This document shows positions 32,767-42,079 of a stretch of 64,000 nucleotides of DNA, in pieces; the stretch's first letter is position 1; each line of letters begins with the position of its first letter. The DNA comes from Candidatus Dormiibacterota bacterium (GTDB taxonomy: Bacteria > Chloroflexota > Dormibacteria > Aeolococcales > Aeolococcaceae). A program made the position numbers and the translations under genes. The notes beneath the pieces are model-generated. The model was given only the letters and a program-made list of their open reading frames with translations, was not told where the DNA came from and searched no databases. The stretch lies in NCBI GenBank assembly GCA_963830305.1, contig CAWHLW010000004.1, forward strand, positions 154,303 to 218,302, written 5' to 3'.

Positions 32767-34332
32767 TTGGAATCGCCGCTCGCCGTCATCGATATCGGGT
32801 CGAACTCCGCCCGAATCGCGGTGCTGCGGCTCGACGATTCCGGGCAGCTCGACATCATCGCCGACGCGCGAACCTCGCTCCAGCTGGCGCGCCACATCGA
32901 CGCTCGCGGCCGCCTCGAGGCGAGCGCGATCACCGAGGCCGTGGCGGCGGTGCGCGACTTCAGGGCGGTCGCAGCAGCCGCCGGCGCGCAGCGGACGGTC
33001 GCCGTCGCCACCGCCGCGATCCGCACCGCGACCAACCGCGACAGCGTGCTCGCCAGGCTCGAGGCCGACACGGGACTGGCGATCAAGGTCATCGACGGCG
33101 AGGAGGAGGCGCGCTACGCGTTTCTCGGAGCCGTCCACGGGCTGCCGATCGACAACGGCTACCTGATCGACGTCGGCGGCGGCAGCTTCGAGCTGGCCTA
33201 CTTCGAGCGCCGGCGCGCGCTCCGCTGGTGGACCTTCGAACTGGGCGCACTCGTGATGACCGATCAGTTCCTGGACAGCGACCCTCCGCGGGCGTCCGAG
33301 ATCGCGGCACTCCGAGACCACGTGACCCAGACCCTCAGTGACGCAGGGGTACCCGTCCTTCCTGAGGACGGCGGCATGGTGGGCACCGGGGGCACGGTGC
33401 GAAACCTCGCAAAGATCCACATGCGATCGGTTGCTCACCCGATCGCCCGGGTCGACGGGTATGTCCTCCAGCGCCGGGAGGTCCGCGAGCTCACCTCACG
33501 GCTCACCTCCCGGAATCGAACGTCCCTGCGGACGGTGCCGGGGCTCTCCACCGACCGGGCCGATTCGATCGCCGGCGGCGCGCTCGTGGTCATCGCCGCG
33601 ATGGAGGCGCTCGGCGCTCGAAGCCTGATGGTGTCCGGTCACGGACTGCGCGAGGGCATCGCGCTGGCCGAGCTGAACCTGCCCCTCCCCGAGGTGCACC
33701 AGGTCCGGCGTGGATCGGTCGAGGCGCTCGCCTCGCGGTTCTCCACATGGGACGCTCGCAGGGCGGCACGCCGGGTCGAGATGAGCCGGGCCATCCTCGG
33801 AGTCGCCGACCCGACCATGACCGCCGAGATGCGCGAGGTGCTCGACCACGCGACCACGCTGCTCGACGTCGGCCCGAGCATCAACTACTACGACCGCTGG
33901 ACCCACGCCGCCGGAGTGACCGCATCGGCCGACCTGCAGGGCTTCACCCATCGCGAGGTGGCCCTGATCGCGACCACCCTCGCCCGGCTCGGCAAGGCGC
34001 GGAGCAACCTGCCCCGCTACGCCCAACTCTGCACGCCGGTCGACATCAAGCGCATCGACAAGCTCGCGGTGATCCTCGAGCTCGCCGACGAGCTCGATCG
34101 CCGCGTCAACGGTGGGGGACCGCCGACCTTCCGATACGACGAGCGCCGCAACCGGGTCGTCGTCTCGACCGGGCTCCCCTATACCTGGGAGCCCGAGGAC
34201 CTGGCCCGGCGATTCCGGACCCGGCTGGGGCGAACGCTCAGCCTGCGTCCAGCAGAGACGGCGGGTGACCGTACTCGGGGGCCGGACTCTCCAAATGGTC
34301 GATCGACTGGTAGAGGTCCTCGACGAGCGTGA
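32767..34332 (+). CDS. ppx: exopolyphosphatase / guanosine pentaphosphate phosphohydrolase (Ppx/GppA family)
   Basis: AVIDIGSNSARIAV, actin-like ATPase fold, 521 aa, TTG start. Confidence 0.85.
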   Translation: MESPLAVIDIGSNSARIAVLRLDDSGQLDIIADARTSLQLARHIDARGRLEASAITEAVAAVRDFRAVAAAAGAQRTVAVATAAIRTATNRDSVLARLEADTGLAIKVIDGEEEARYAFLGAVHGLPIDNGYLIDVGGGSFELAYFERRRALRWWTFELGALVMTDQFLDSDPPRASEIAALRDHVTQTLSDAGVPVLPEDGGMVGTGGTVRNLAKIHMRSVAHPIARVDGYVLQRREVRELTSRLTSRNRTSLRTVPGLSTDRADSIAGGALVVIAAMEALGARSLMVSGHGLREGIALAELNLPLPEVHQVRRGSVEALASRFSTWDARRAARRVEMSRAILGVADPTMTAEMREVLDHATTLLDVGPSINYYDRWTHAAGVTASADLQGFTHREVALIATTLARLGKARSNLPRYAQLCTPVDIKRIDKLAVILELADELDRRVNGGGPPTFRYDERRNRVVVSTGLPYTWEPEDLARRFRTRLGRTLSLRPAETAGDRTRGPDSPNGRSTGRGPRRA

Positions 34333-34551
34333 TCAGGATGGGAGGAGCATCGCAGGCGAACATGAGCGCCTCGATGGTCGCCACCTGCCGCCGCAGGCTC
34401 TCGACGGTGTCGATCCGGTCCCAGAGCGGCGAAACGACGGGCTGCACGACTGCGAGTATGCGGTGAGGCCGCGGCGCAAAGCGATTGTGAAATGGCTATG
34501 GTGCGGGGGTGATGTGATGGTGTTCATCGGGGACACTAGAGTCCTGAGAAG

Positions 34552-35226
34552 ATGAGCGAACCACTCCTGCACCCCAACCAACTCCTGCTTTCGGACGAGC
34601 TCACCCATCTGCGACGCATCGTCGCCGACATGGGCGAGCTGGTCGACACCGCGATCACCCAGGCGACGAGCGGCCTTGCAGAGCGCGATGTGAGCCTCTG
34701 CGCGCGCGTGATCGCGGACGATGCGCTCGTCAACGACCGCCAGCGCGAGCTCCGCGAGCTGTCGTTCTCGCTCATAGCGAACCGGAACCCGGAAGCCCGC
34801 GAGCTGCGCGAGATCATCGGGCTCCTCAACATGTCGTCGGAGCTCGAGCGCATGGGCGACCACTGCGTGAGCATCGCCAAGCTCGCCCGCAACCTGGCGG
34901 ATTTGCCGCCGCTCGAGACGTACGTGGACGTCCCCAAGATGGCCGCCTACTGCAGCGACCAGGTACGCGGCATCCTCGCCGCCGTGGTGTCGCGCGACGT
35001 CCTCCAGGCCCGCCGCATTGCCGCAGGCGATGACCGCGTCGACCGCATCTACCACCGTCTCTTCGATGACCTGATCCAGCTGATGACCGAGGACAACACC
35101 ACCGTCTTCCGGGCCACCAATCTCGTGTTCATCGCCCACCACCTCGAGCGCATCGCCGACCGCGTGACCAACATCGCCGAGGACCTCGTCTTTCTCGACT
35201 CCGGCGCCATCGAGGAACTTGGCTGA
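34552..35226 (+). CDS. phoU: phosphate signalling complex protein PhoU
   Basis: Two PhoU repeats (ELERMGDH, HLERIADR), 224 aa. Confidence 0.9.
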   Translation: MSEPLLHPNQLLLSDELTHLRRIVADMGELVDTAITQATSGLAERDVSLCARVIADDALVNDRQRELRELSFSLIANRNPEARELREIIGLLNMSSELERMGDHCVSIAKLARNLADLPPLETYVDVPKMAAYCSDQVRGILAAVVSRDVLQARRIAAGDDRVDRIYHRLFDDLIQLMTEDNTTVFRATNLVFIAHHLERIADRVTNIAEDLVFLDSGAIEELG

Positions 35227-37340
35227 TGGCCCTGTCCGAGCCCGCGGAAGCCCCGGGCGACGCGGCGCCTACCGTCGGGGGCGAGACGCGGGATCACGCC
35301 GTCGCGCTCGGAGATCGGCACCGATACATCAACCGCCACCTGAGCTGGCTTGACTTCGACACTCGTGTGCTCGAGCTTGCCGAAGACTCGTCCCGCGCGC
35401 TCCTCGAGCGGGCGAAGTTCCTCGCGATCTCGAGCAGCAACCTCGACGAATTCTTCCAGGTCCGTGTCGGCGGCCTGATCGAGCAGCGGCGAGCGGGAGT
35501 GTCGGCGCTCAGCCCTGACGGTATGACCGTGGACGAGCAGCTCTCCGAGATCCAGCGACGGGCCGTCGATCTCACCGCCCGCCAGATGCGGGCCTTCCGG
35601 GCCATCGTCGAGCGCCTCGGCGAGGTCGGTCTTCGCTTCTCCAACTACGGGTCGCTCGACCTGGGCGACCGCGAGCACGTCGATGCGGTCTTCGAGGAAC
35701 GCATCTTCCCGGTGCTGACGCCGCTTGCGGTCGACCCTGCGCATCCGTTCCCATACATCAGCGACCTGTCGCTCAACCTCGCGGTGGTTGTCGGCGCCCC
35801 CCGGGGGAGCGAGCAGCGAATCGCTCGCGTGAAAGTTCCTCCGCTGCTGCCTCGGTTCGTGGTCGTGCCGGACGGCGAGCGATTCGTCCCGGTGGAGCAG
35901 GTGATCGCGGCGCACCTGGACCGGCTCTTCCCCGGCATGCGGGTTGTTGGTCAGTACCCGTTCCGGGTGACGCGCAACGCGGATCCGGCGCTCGAAGAGG
36001 AAGAGGCCGAGGACCTGCGCACCGCCGTCCAGGAGTATCTCCGGCGCCGCCGCCGCTCGCCGCAGGTGGTTCGTCTCGAGATCGACGACACCATGACCGA
36101 GGAGGTCACGCAGCTGCTCATGCGAGAGCTCGAGCTCTCCAAGGAGGATGTCTACACGGTCGCCGGCCCCCTCGACCTGAGTGGCCTCTGGGGCCTTTAC
36201 GAGTTGAATCGTCCCGACCTCAAGGAGCGGCTTCCCGCGCCCGTGATCCCGCCGGCCTTCGCCAAGTCCCCGGGTGACGAGGGCGAGGTCGACATCTTCC
36301 GCGAGATCGACAAGGGTGACGTCCTCGTCCACCATCCCTATGAATCCTTCGCGAGCAGCGTCGAAGCCTTCGTCGACCAGGCGGTGAGCGATCCCGACGT
36401 GCTCGCCATCAAGCAGACGCTCTACAGGACCTCGGGCCCGGACAGCCCGATCGTTCGATCCCTCATCCGCGCCGCGGAGTCGGGCAAGCAGGTGGTCGCG
36501 CTCGTCGAGCTGACCGCCCGCTTCGACGAGGAGGCCAACATCACGTGGGCCGCCGAGCTCGAGAAGGCCGGCGTCCATGTCGTCTACGGAGTTGTCGGCC
36601 TCAAGACCCACGCCAAGGCCACCCTCGTGGTGCGGCGAACGGGTACCGGGATCCGCCGCTACTGCCACATGGGCACCGGGAACTACAACTCCCAGACGGC
36701 CCGCCTCTATGAGGACATCGGCCTGTTCTCGTCCGACCCAGACCTCGGCGAGGACCTCACCGACCTGTTCAACTACCTCACCGGCTACAGCCGCCAGCGG
36801 CAGTACCGCCGCCTCCTCGTCGCCCCCGTCACGCTGCGCAGCGGGATCGTCGAGCTCATCCGGACCCAGACGCATGCAAGCGGCCGGATCATCATCAAGT
36901 GCAACCACCTGATCGATCCGGAGGTCATCGAGGCGCTCTATGCGGCGTCGTCTGCCGGCGCGCGGATCGACCTCATCGTGCGCAGCTCCTGCGGAGTGCG
37001 TCCCGGGATCGCGGGGATGTCCGAGAACATCTGGGTGCGCTCACTCGTGGGCCGGTATCTCGAGCATTCGCGCATCTATCACTTCGGTGACGATCGCTGG
37101 TTCATCGGATCCGCTGACCTGATGGGACGCAACCTCGACGGCAGGATCGAGACGGTTGTACCGGTCATCGATCCGCGCCTGCAGGCACGGCTCGCCGAGG
37201 TGATGGACGTGCTCCTCGCCGACGACGTGCTCGCCTCTGAGCTGCACGCCGACGGCAGCTGGCGCAAGGTGCCCACGATTCGCGGTCTCGACGCACAGGA
37301 AGAGCTGCACAGGCTTGCGGTCGAGCGCACCACGAGGTGA
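35226..37340 (+). CDS. ppk: polyphosphate kinase 1
   Basis: YINRHLSWLDFDTRVLELAED, PLD-like HxK motifs, 704 aa. ATG overlaps the phoU TGA. Confidence 0.95.
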   Translation: MALSEPAEAPGDAAPTVGGETRDHAVALGDRHRYINRHLSWLDFDTRVLELAEDSSRALLERAKFLAISSSNLDEFFQVRVGGLIEQRRAGVSALSPDGMTVDEQLSEIQRRAVDLTARQMRAFRAIVERLGEVGLRFSNYGSLDLGDREHVDAVFEERIFPVLTPLAVDPAHPFPYISDLSLNLAVVVGAPRGSEQRIARVKVPPLLPRFVVVPDGERFVPVEQVIAAHLDRLFPGMRVVGQYPFRVTRNADPALEEEEAEDLRTAVQEYLRRRRRSPQVVRLEIDDTMTEEVTQLLMRELELSKEDVYTVAGPLDLSGLWGLYELNRPDLKERLPAPVIPPAFAKSPGDEGEVDIFREIDKGDVLVHHPYESFASSVEAFVDQAVSDPDVLAIKQTLYRTSGPDSPIVRSLIRAAESGKQVVALVELTARFDEEANITWAAELEKAGVHVVYGVVGLKTHAKATLVVRRTGTGIRRYCHMGTGNYNSQTARLYEDIGLFSSDPDLGEDLTDLFNYLTGYSRQRQYRRLLVAPVTLRSGIVELIRTQTHASGRIIIKCNHLIDPEVIEALYAASSAGARIDLIVRSSCGVRPGIAGMSENIWVRSLVGRYLEHSRIYHFGDDRWFIGSADLMGRNLDGRIETVVPVIDPRLQARLAEVMDVLLADDVLASELHADGSWRKVPTIRGLDAQEELHRLAVERTTR

Positions 37341-38842
37341 CCACCCCGGAGGGGATTGAGCTCGGACGGGGACTCCAACTCGAGGTCCCGACGACGTTCT
37401 CACCAGAGCCGCTGGAAGATCTCGACGCTGCCGCGGCGGTGATCACCGAGCCGGCCCGCAGGCTCCGGACCACGCACTGGGACACCGCCGATCTTCGCCT
37501 CGCTCGGTGGGGGGTCGCCCTCGAGTACTCGTCAGACCCCGGCTGGGTACTGCGCCTGCCCGCGACCAGCGAGGGGATGGCCGCACCGGACGGGGCCGAG
37601 CTGCATTTCGACGGCGGCCCGGAGCGTCCCCCGGAGCAGGCGATGCACCTGGTTCGCGCCTACTCACGCCACACGCCGATCGAACTGGTGGCGCGCCTGG
37701 TGACCCAGACCGTCGAAACGGTGCTCATCGACGGCGAGGGGGCCGTGCTGATGCGCCTCATCGATGACACGGTGTCCGTGTACTCAGGCCCTCGCATCAC
37801 CCAGCGCTTCCGCGAGATCGACCTGTTCAGCGAGAACGGCCAGCTTCTCGACCTGATCGCGACCCGGTACCAGGCTGCCGGCGCCCAGCCCGCTCGTCAG
37901 CGAGCCCTCGTCGCGCGAGCCCTCGGTCTGGTGGGCACCCCGCCACCTGAGATCGGCGCGGTCACGCTCGGAGGCGCCGCGACTGCCGGCGATGTCGTCC
38001 GCCGGTCGCTGAGCACGTCGGTGATCCGGCTGCTTCGCCACGATCCCGGTGTCCGGCTTGGCATCGACGCAGAGGACGTCCATCAGGCCCGGGTCGCGAC
38101 CCGGCGGCTGCGCAGCGACCTGCGCACCTTCCGGCCGCTGCTGGATGCGGGCTGGGCCGAAGCGCTGCGTGACGATCTCCGCTGGCTCGGTGGCGAGCTC
38201 GGGAGAGTCCGCGACGCGGAGGTGCTGCGCGACCGTCTCCGGTCGGCGGCCGGCACGCTGCCGGCGGACGACCGGCGTCCGGCCCTCGCGGTCGTGGCGC
38301 CCCTGGGAGCGCAGGTCGGTGCGGCGAGGCGCCACCTGCTCAGCGCCATGGACACCGATCACTACATCGAGGCGATTGACCATCTGGTGGTCGCAGCCCG
38401 CGCGCCAGTCCTGACCGAGATGGCCGCCTTGCCGGCTCGTGAGGTCCTCCCGGGTCTCGTCCGCAAACCCTGGCGGTCGCTCAAATCGGGCGCCCTGGGC
38501 GCGCGTGGCGATGTTCCCGATGAACAGCTCCACGACCTTCGGATTCGCGCCAAGCGCTGCCGCTATGCCGCCGAGGCGGCGGCGGCGGCGACCGGAAAGA
38601 ATGCCGCGAAATTCGCCCGGGAGGTGGCGGCACTCCAGGAGGTGCTCGGGGAATTGCACGACGCCGTCGTCGCCGAGGCCTGGCTGCGGGACCGGTCGTC
38701 GGCGCCTCGGGTCCACGAGACGGCGCTCTTTGCCGCCGGTGAGCTGGTGGCACAGCAGCGCGATGCGGCGGCACGGGCTCGCGCCGGGTGGCCGGCGGTC
38801 TGGAAGCGCGTCGATGAGGGCTGGTCCCGTGCCTGGCGATGA
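37337..38842 (+). CDS. CYTH (triphosphate tunnel) plus CHAD domain protein
   Basis: N-terminal CYTH-like beta-barrel. C-terminal CHAD signature HQARVATRRLRSDLRTF and HDLRIRAKRCRYAAE. GTG overlaps the ppk stop. Confidence 0.75.
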   Translation: MTTPEGIELGRGLQLEVPTTFSPEPLEDLDAAAAVITEPARRLRTTHWDTADLRLARWGVALEYSSDPGWVLRLPATSEGMAAPDGAELHFDGGPERPPEQAMHLVRAYSRHTPIELVARLVTQTVETVLIDGEGAVLMRLIDDTVSVYSGPRITQRFREIDLFSENGQLLDLIATRYQAAGAQPARQRALVARALGLVGTPPPEIGAVTLGGAATAGDVVRRSLSTSVIRLLRHDPGVRLGIDAEDVHQARVATRRLRSDLRTFRPLLDAGWAEALRDDLRWLGGELGRVRDAEVLRDRLRSAAGTLPADDRRPALAVVAPLGAQVGAARRHLLSAMDTDHYIEAIDHLVVAARAPVLTEMAALPAREVLPGLVRKPWRSLKSGALGARGDVPDEQLHDLRIRAKRCRYAAEAAAAATGKNAAKFAREVAALQEVLGELHDAVVAEAWLRDRSSAPRVHETALFAAGELVAQQRDAAARARAGWPAVWKRVDEGWSRAWR

Positions 38843-39297
38843 GCCGGTCAGCTACCTCGTCCGCCACGCCAAGGCGGGGTCACGCGAGCGCTGGACGGAG
38901 CCCGATCGGGATCGTCCGCTGACCGAGGCGGGGCGGATCCAGGCGGAGCGTCTCGCTCACGTGCTCGCTCCCGACACGCGACGGGTGGTGTCGAGCCCGT
39001 ACCTCCGCTGCGTGCAGACGGTGGCGCCCCTTGCGGAGGCGAAGGGTCTCCGTGTCGAGGAGGAGGATCGCCTCGCAGAGGGCGCCGATCCCGACTGGGC
39101 CCTGGGTCAGCTTGTCGCCATCCCCGGGTCCGTGGTCTGCACGCACGGCGACGTCGTAGCATCGATCGTGACGACGCTCGCCGACGCCCACGTCCCCATG
39201 CACCGGGGGCATGCAGTGGGCCAAGGGTGGGACCTGGGCGTTCACCGTCTCCGGCGGACGGATCACCGCGGGTCGCTACCTGCCGCCACCGTCCTGA
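38829..39297 (+). CDS. histidine phosphatase family protein (SixA-like); frame break at G5 run 39204-39208
   Basis: LVRHAKA catalytic His motif and THGDV. The natural C-terminus KGGTWAFTVSGGRITAGRYLPPPS* lies in the +1 frame. The in-frame read-through to 39752 would overlap alkA by 470 bp. Confidence 0.65.
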
Positions 39298-40196
39298 GGT
39301 CCCCAGGGGAGGCCGTCGCGATCCCCGGCAACACGGATGAGCACGCAGGTCCAGGTCCGAAACGGCCGCCAGGCGTCGGCGAGCTTCGCGATCTCAGCGG
39401 TGGTCGCAGAGCGCTTCAGCCCGTAGTAATGGCCGATGTACGACGCGAGACGCGGCTCGGCGAGGGTCAGGATGTCGGTCGCGCCGGTCGAGCGGAGCAG
39501 GATCAGCCCGGCATACATCGGCCCGATGCCGGGGAGCCGCTGCAGCGCCGCCATCGCGTCCTCCGTGGGCATGGCGAGGAGCCCGGCGGGATCGAGCTGC
39601 CCGTCCAGGGCGGCATGGGCCACGGCGTGCAGGCGGTCGATGCGTTGCGGCTCGAGGCTGGGGAAGGAGTCGATGCCAAGGAGCTCGGCCGGCGTCGGGA
39701 ACGCTTCGAGCTCGACCCCAGGGAGCGCGAACACCCGGCCGTGCGCTGCTGACAGGCGTTTTCGCACAGCCGTCGCCTGGGTCCGATGCCTGCGCTGGCT
39801 CAGGATCGACCACGCAGCCGCCTCGTACGGTGAGTGAAAGAGAACGGGGCGGAGTCCTGGAAACTCGGTTTGGAACCTGCCGATCAGCGGATCGCGAGCA
39901 CCGACCTCGGCCCATGCGGTCCCAGAGCGGTCAAGCGAGAGCACCCGGCGCACCTGGGCAGCCACGGCGTCGGGATCGGCGTCACCGAACACCCGGCAGT
40001 GGAGGATCCCATCCGGGTCCTGTTTGACCTGGGCGGCGGCGTGGTGGACGAGATCGTCGGCCACGAACGCGAGCGACATCGAATTCCCTTCGGGTTTGGG
40101 CCGCCCGGTGTTGGGTCCGAAGCCGAAGCTCGACGCAGCAGCCAGCGAAAAGGCCCCGTCGGGCGTGATGGTCAGCTCCCTCACCGCCTCGGCCAC
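39276..40196 (-). CDS. alkA: DNA-3-methyladenine glycosylase II (AlkA; HhH-GPD)
   Basis: HhH-GPD LQRLPGIGPMYAGLILL, catalytic Asp region, N-terminal AlkA_N-like. Confidence 0.8.
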   Translation of the reverse strand: MAEAVRELTITPDGAFSLAAASSFGFGPNTGRPKPEGNSMSLAFVADDLVHHAAAQVKQDPDGILHCRVFGDADPDAVAAQVRRVLSLDRSGTAWAEVGARDPLIGRFQTEFPGLRPVLFHSPYEAAAWSILSQRRHRTQATAVRKRLSAAHGRVFALPGVELEAFPTPAELLGIDSFPSLEPQRIDRLHAVAHAALDGQLDPAGLLAMPTEDAMAALQRLPGIGPMYAGLILLRSTGATDILTLAEPRLASYIGHYYGLKRSATTAEIAKLADAWRPFRTWTCVLIRVAGDRDGLPWGPQDGGGR

Positions 40197-40208
40197 GCGC
40201 TTGCCGCG

Positions 40209-40433
40209 CTACTGGCGGAGGCGGAGGATCAGGTTGATCACCACGGTGAGGACCACGCTGACCACGATGCAGAAGGCCACCGGGAAGAAGAAGGAGAAGC
40301 TCCCGCTGCTTACCGAGATGCTGCCCGGGAGCTGGGTGACACCGGCGCGGGTGAGCAGGATGAGGACGCCGCCGATCAGGAGGATCACCGCGCCCACGAT
40401 CAGGAGCAGCTTGCCGACGTCGCCGAGTGCCAT
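40209..40433 (-). CDS. DUF2905 small membrane protein
   Basis: 74 aa, two TM helices around the conserved LPGSISVSSGSFSFFFP core. Confidence 0.7.
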   Translation of the reverse strand: MALGDVGKLLLIVGAVILLIGGVLILLTRAGVTQLPGSISVSSGSFSFFFPVAFCIVVSVVLTVVINLILRLRQ

Positions 40434-40469
40434 GAGGACACTCTAAGGTAGAGTCCGCGAAACGCATCC

Positions 40470-40545
40470 ACTTCAAGCAGGTCCGGAGAGGCCGGCAAGG
40501 GATCGCGGCGCCGCTGCGCGGCCGCCCTTGCCCGAAACCGCCCGG
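40470..40545 (+). promoter_or_regulatory. candidate PyrR-binding leader RNA upstream of pyrB
   Basis: GGUCCGGAGAGGCC matches the PyrR box UCCNGNGAGG (~40484-40497). Followed by strong stem GGCAAGGG...CCCTTGCC. RBS GGAGGG 12 nt before ATG 40564. Confidence 0.5.
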
Positions 40546-40563
40546 GCTGGAGGGCGAAGCGCC

Positions 40564-41493
40564 ATGACGGCAACGACCGCGCGACACCGGGTGCTCGGCC
40601 ACGTGATCACCGCCGAGCAGTTCGATCGCGAGTTCCTCGACGTCCTCTTCAGCCGCGCCAGCGCCCTTGCGGACGTCCGCGACGACCGCCTGGCGCACCG
40701 GGTCATGGCCAGCCTCTTCTACGAGCCCAGCACGCGCACGCGGTTGAGCTTCGAATCGGCGATGCTGCGTCTCGGCGGCGCGGTGATCGGTACCGAGGCG
40801 GCGCGAACCTTCTCCAGCGCGATCAAGGGTGAGACCCTCGAGGACACGGTCCGCATGGTGTCCACCTACGCGGACGTCATCGTCCTCCGCCATGACGAGG
40901 CCGGCGCGGCAGCACGGGCGGCGGAGGTCGCCTCGGTCCCGGTGGTCAACGCCGGGGACGGCCCGGGCGAGCACCCCACCCAGGCGCTGCTCGACCTCTA
41001 CACGATCGAGCGCGAGCTCGGCCATGTCGAGGGGGTGCGGGTCGCGTTCTGCGGCGACCTCCGCTTCGGCAGGACCGCTCGCTCGCTCGCGCTCCTGCTC
41101 GCGCTCTACCCCGGCGTCCGCATGGCCTTCATCGCCCCGCCGGTCATCCAGATTGGCGGCGACATCCTCGCCCGGCTCGAGGCCCGCGGGGTCGAGTGCC
41201 GTCTCGCGGAGCAGCTCACCGACGTGATCGACGACGTCGACGTCGTGTATCAGACCCGCGTCCAGAAGGAGCGCTTCACCGACCCGCTCGAATACGAGCA
41301 GGCTCGGACCGCGATCCGCATCGACGCCGCGGTCATGCGCCAGCTCCCGGCGACGGCGATCGTGATGCACCCCCTGCCCCGGGTCGACGAGATCGCCCCG
41401 GAGGTCGATACGGATCCGCGGGCCGCCTACTTCCGCCAGGCGGCGAATGGTGTCGCCATCAGGATGGCGCTGCTCGAGATGCTGCTCGCATGA
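40564..41493 (+). CDS. pyrB: aspartate carbamoyltransferase catalytic subunit
   Basis: STRTRLSFE, HPTQAL, HPLP. Confidence 0.95.
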   Translation: MTATTARHRVLGHVITAEQFDREFLDVLFSRASALADVRDDRLAHRVMASLFYEPSTRTRLSFESAMLRLGGAVIGTEAARTFSSAIKGETLEDTVRMVSTYADVIVLRHDEAGAAARAAEVASVPVVNAGDGPGEHPTQALLDLYTIERELGHVEGVRVAFCGDLRFGRTARSLALLLALYPGVRMAFIAPPVIQIGGDILARLEARGVECRLAEQLTDVIDDVDVVYQTRVQKERFTDPLEYEQARTAIRIDAAVMRQLPATAIVMHPLPRVDEIAPEVDTDPRAAYFRQAANGVAIRMALLEMLLA

Positions 41494-41504
41494 CGGGGGC
41501 GTCA

Positions 41505-42079
41505 TGACGGGCCTCGCCCAGCCGCTCGACGAGAGCCCGCAGCTGCTCGATGCCGGCGCAATACAGCGCGTCACGGTTCGCCTCGCGCACGAGGTCGCGG
41601 AGCGACATCCCTCGCTCGCGAACGTCGTCCTCGTTGGCATCCCAACCAGGGGGGTGCCGCTGGCCCGCGCCGTTGCCAGCCAGCTCGTGAGCCTGGGGCA
41701 CGCCGCGGTGCCGGTGGCGACGCTCGACCCGACCGGGCACCGTGATGATCGCCCACGTCCGACAGCACCCCACCCAGCCCTCTGTGACGTCGATGGGGGA
41801 CCCGCACCGCAGATCGATGGGGCCGTCGTGATCGTGGTCGACGACGTGATGTACACAGGCCGCACGCTCCGTGCTGCCCTCGATGCCCTGGTGGACTGCG
41901 GTCGCCCGGCGGCCGTCGAAGTGCTGACGCTCATCGACCGCGGGCATCGCGAGCTGCCGCTTCGCGCCACCTATGTCGGCAAGAACGTGCCGACCGCCTC
42001 CGGTGATCGCGTGTTCGTGCGCCTGCGCGAGGTGGACGGCGTCGATGGCGCGTGGCTGCGCCGGAGCGCGCTGCCGTGA
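41505..42079 (+). CDS. pyrR: bifunctional pyrimidine operon regulator / uracil phosphoribosyltransferase PyrR
   Basis: VLVGIPTRGVPLA, PRPP-binding VVIVVDDVMYTGRT, ~190 aa. Confidence 0.85.

Noticed and set aside
34333-35142. 269-aa minus-strand ORF overlapping phoU
   Set aside because: phoU on the plus strand has both PhoU repeats. The minus ORF has no motifs.
35049-36908. 619-aa minus-strand ORF
   Set aside because: Antisense shadow of ppk1.
39298-39752. In-frame continuation of the histidine-phosphatase ORF to 39752
   Set aside because: It would overlap alkA convergently by ~470 bp. The +1 frame ends with a family-typical C-terminus at 39297.
39982-41970. 662-aa minus-strand ORF
   Set aside because: Antisense to pyrB/pyrR. 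Arg/Pro-rich translation.
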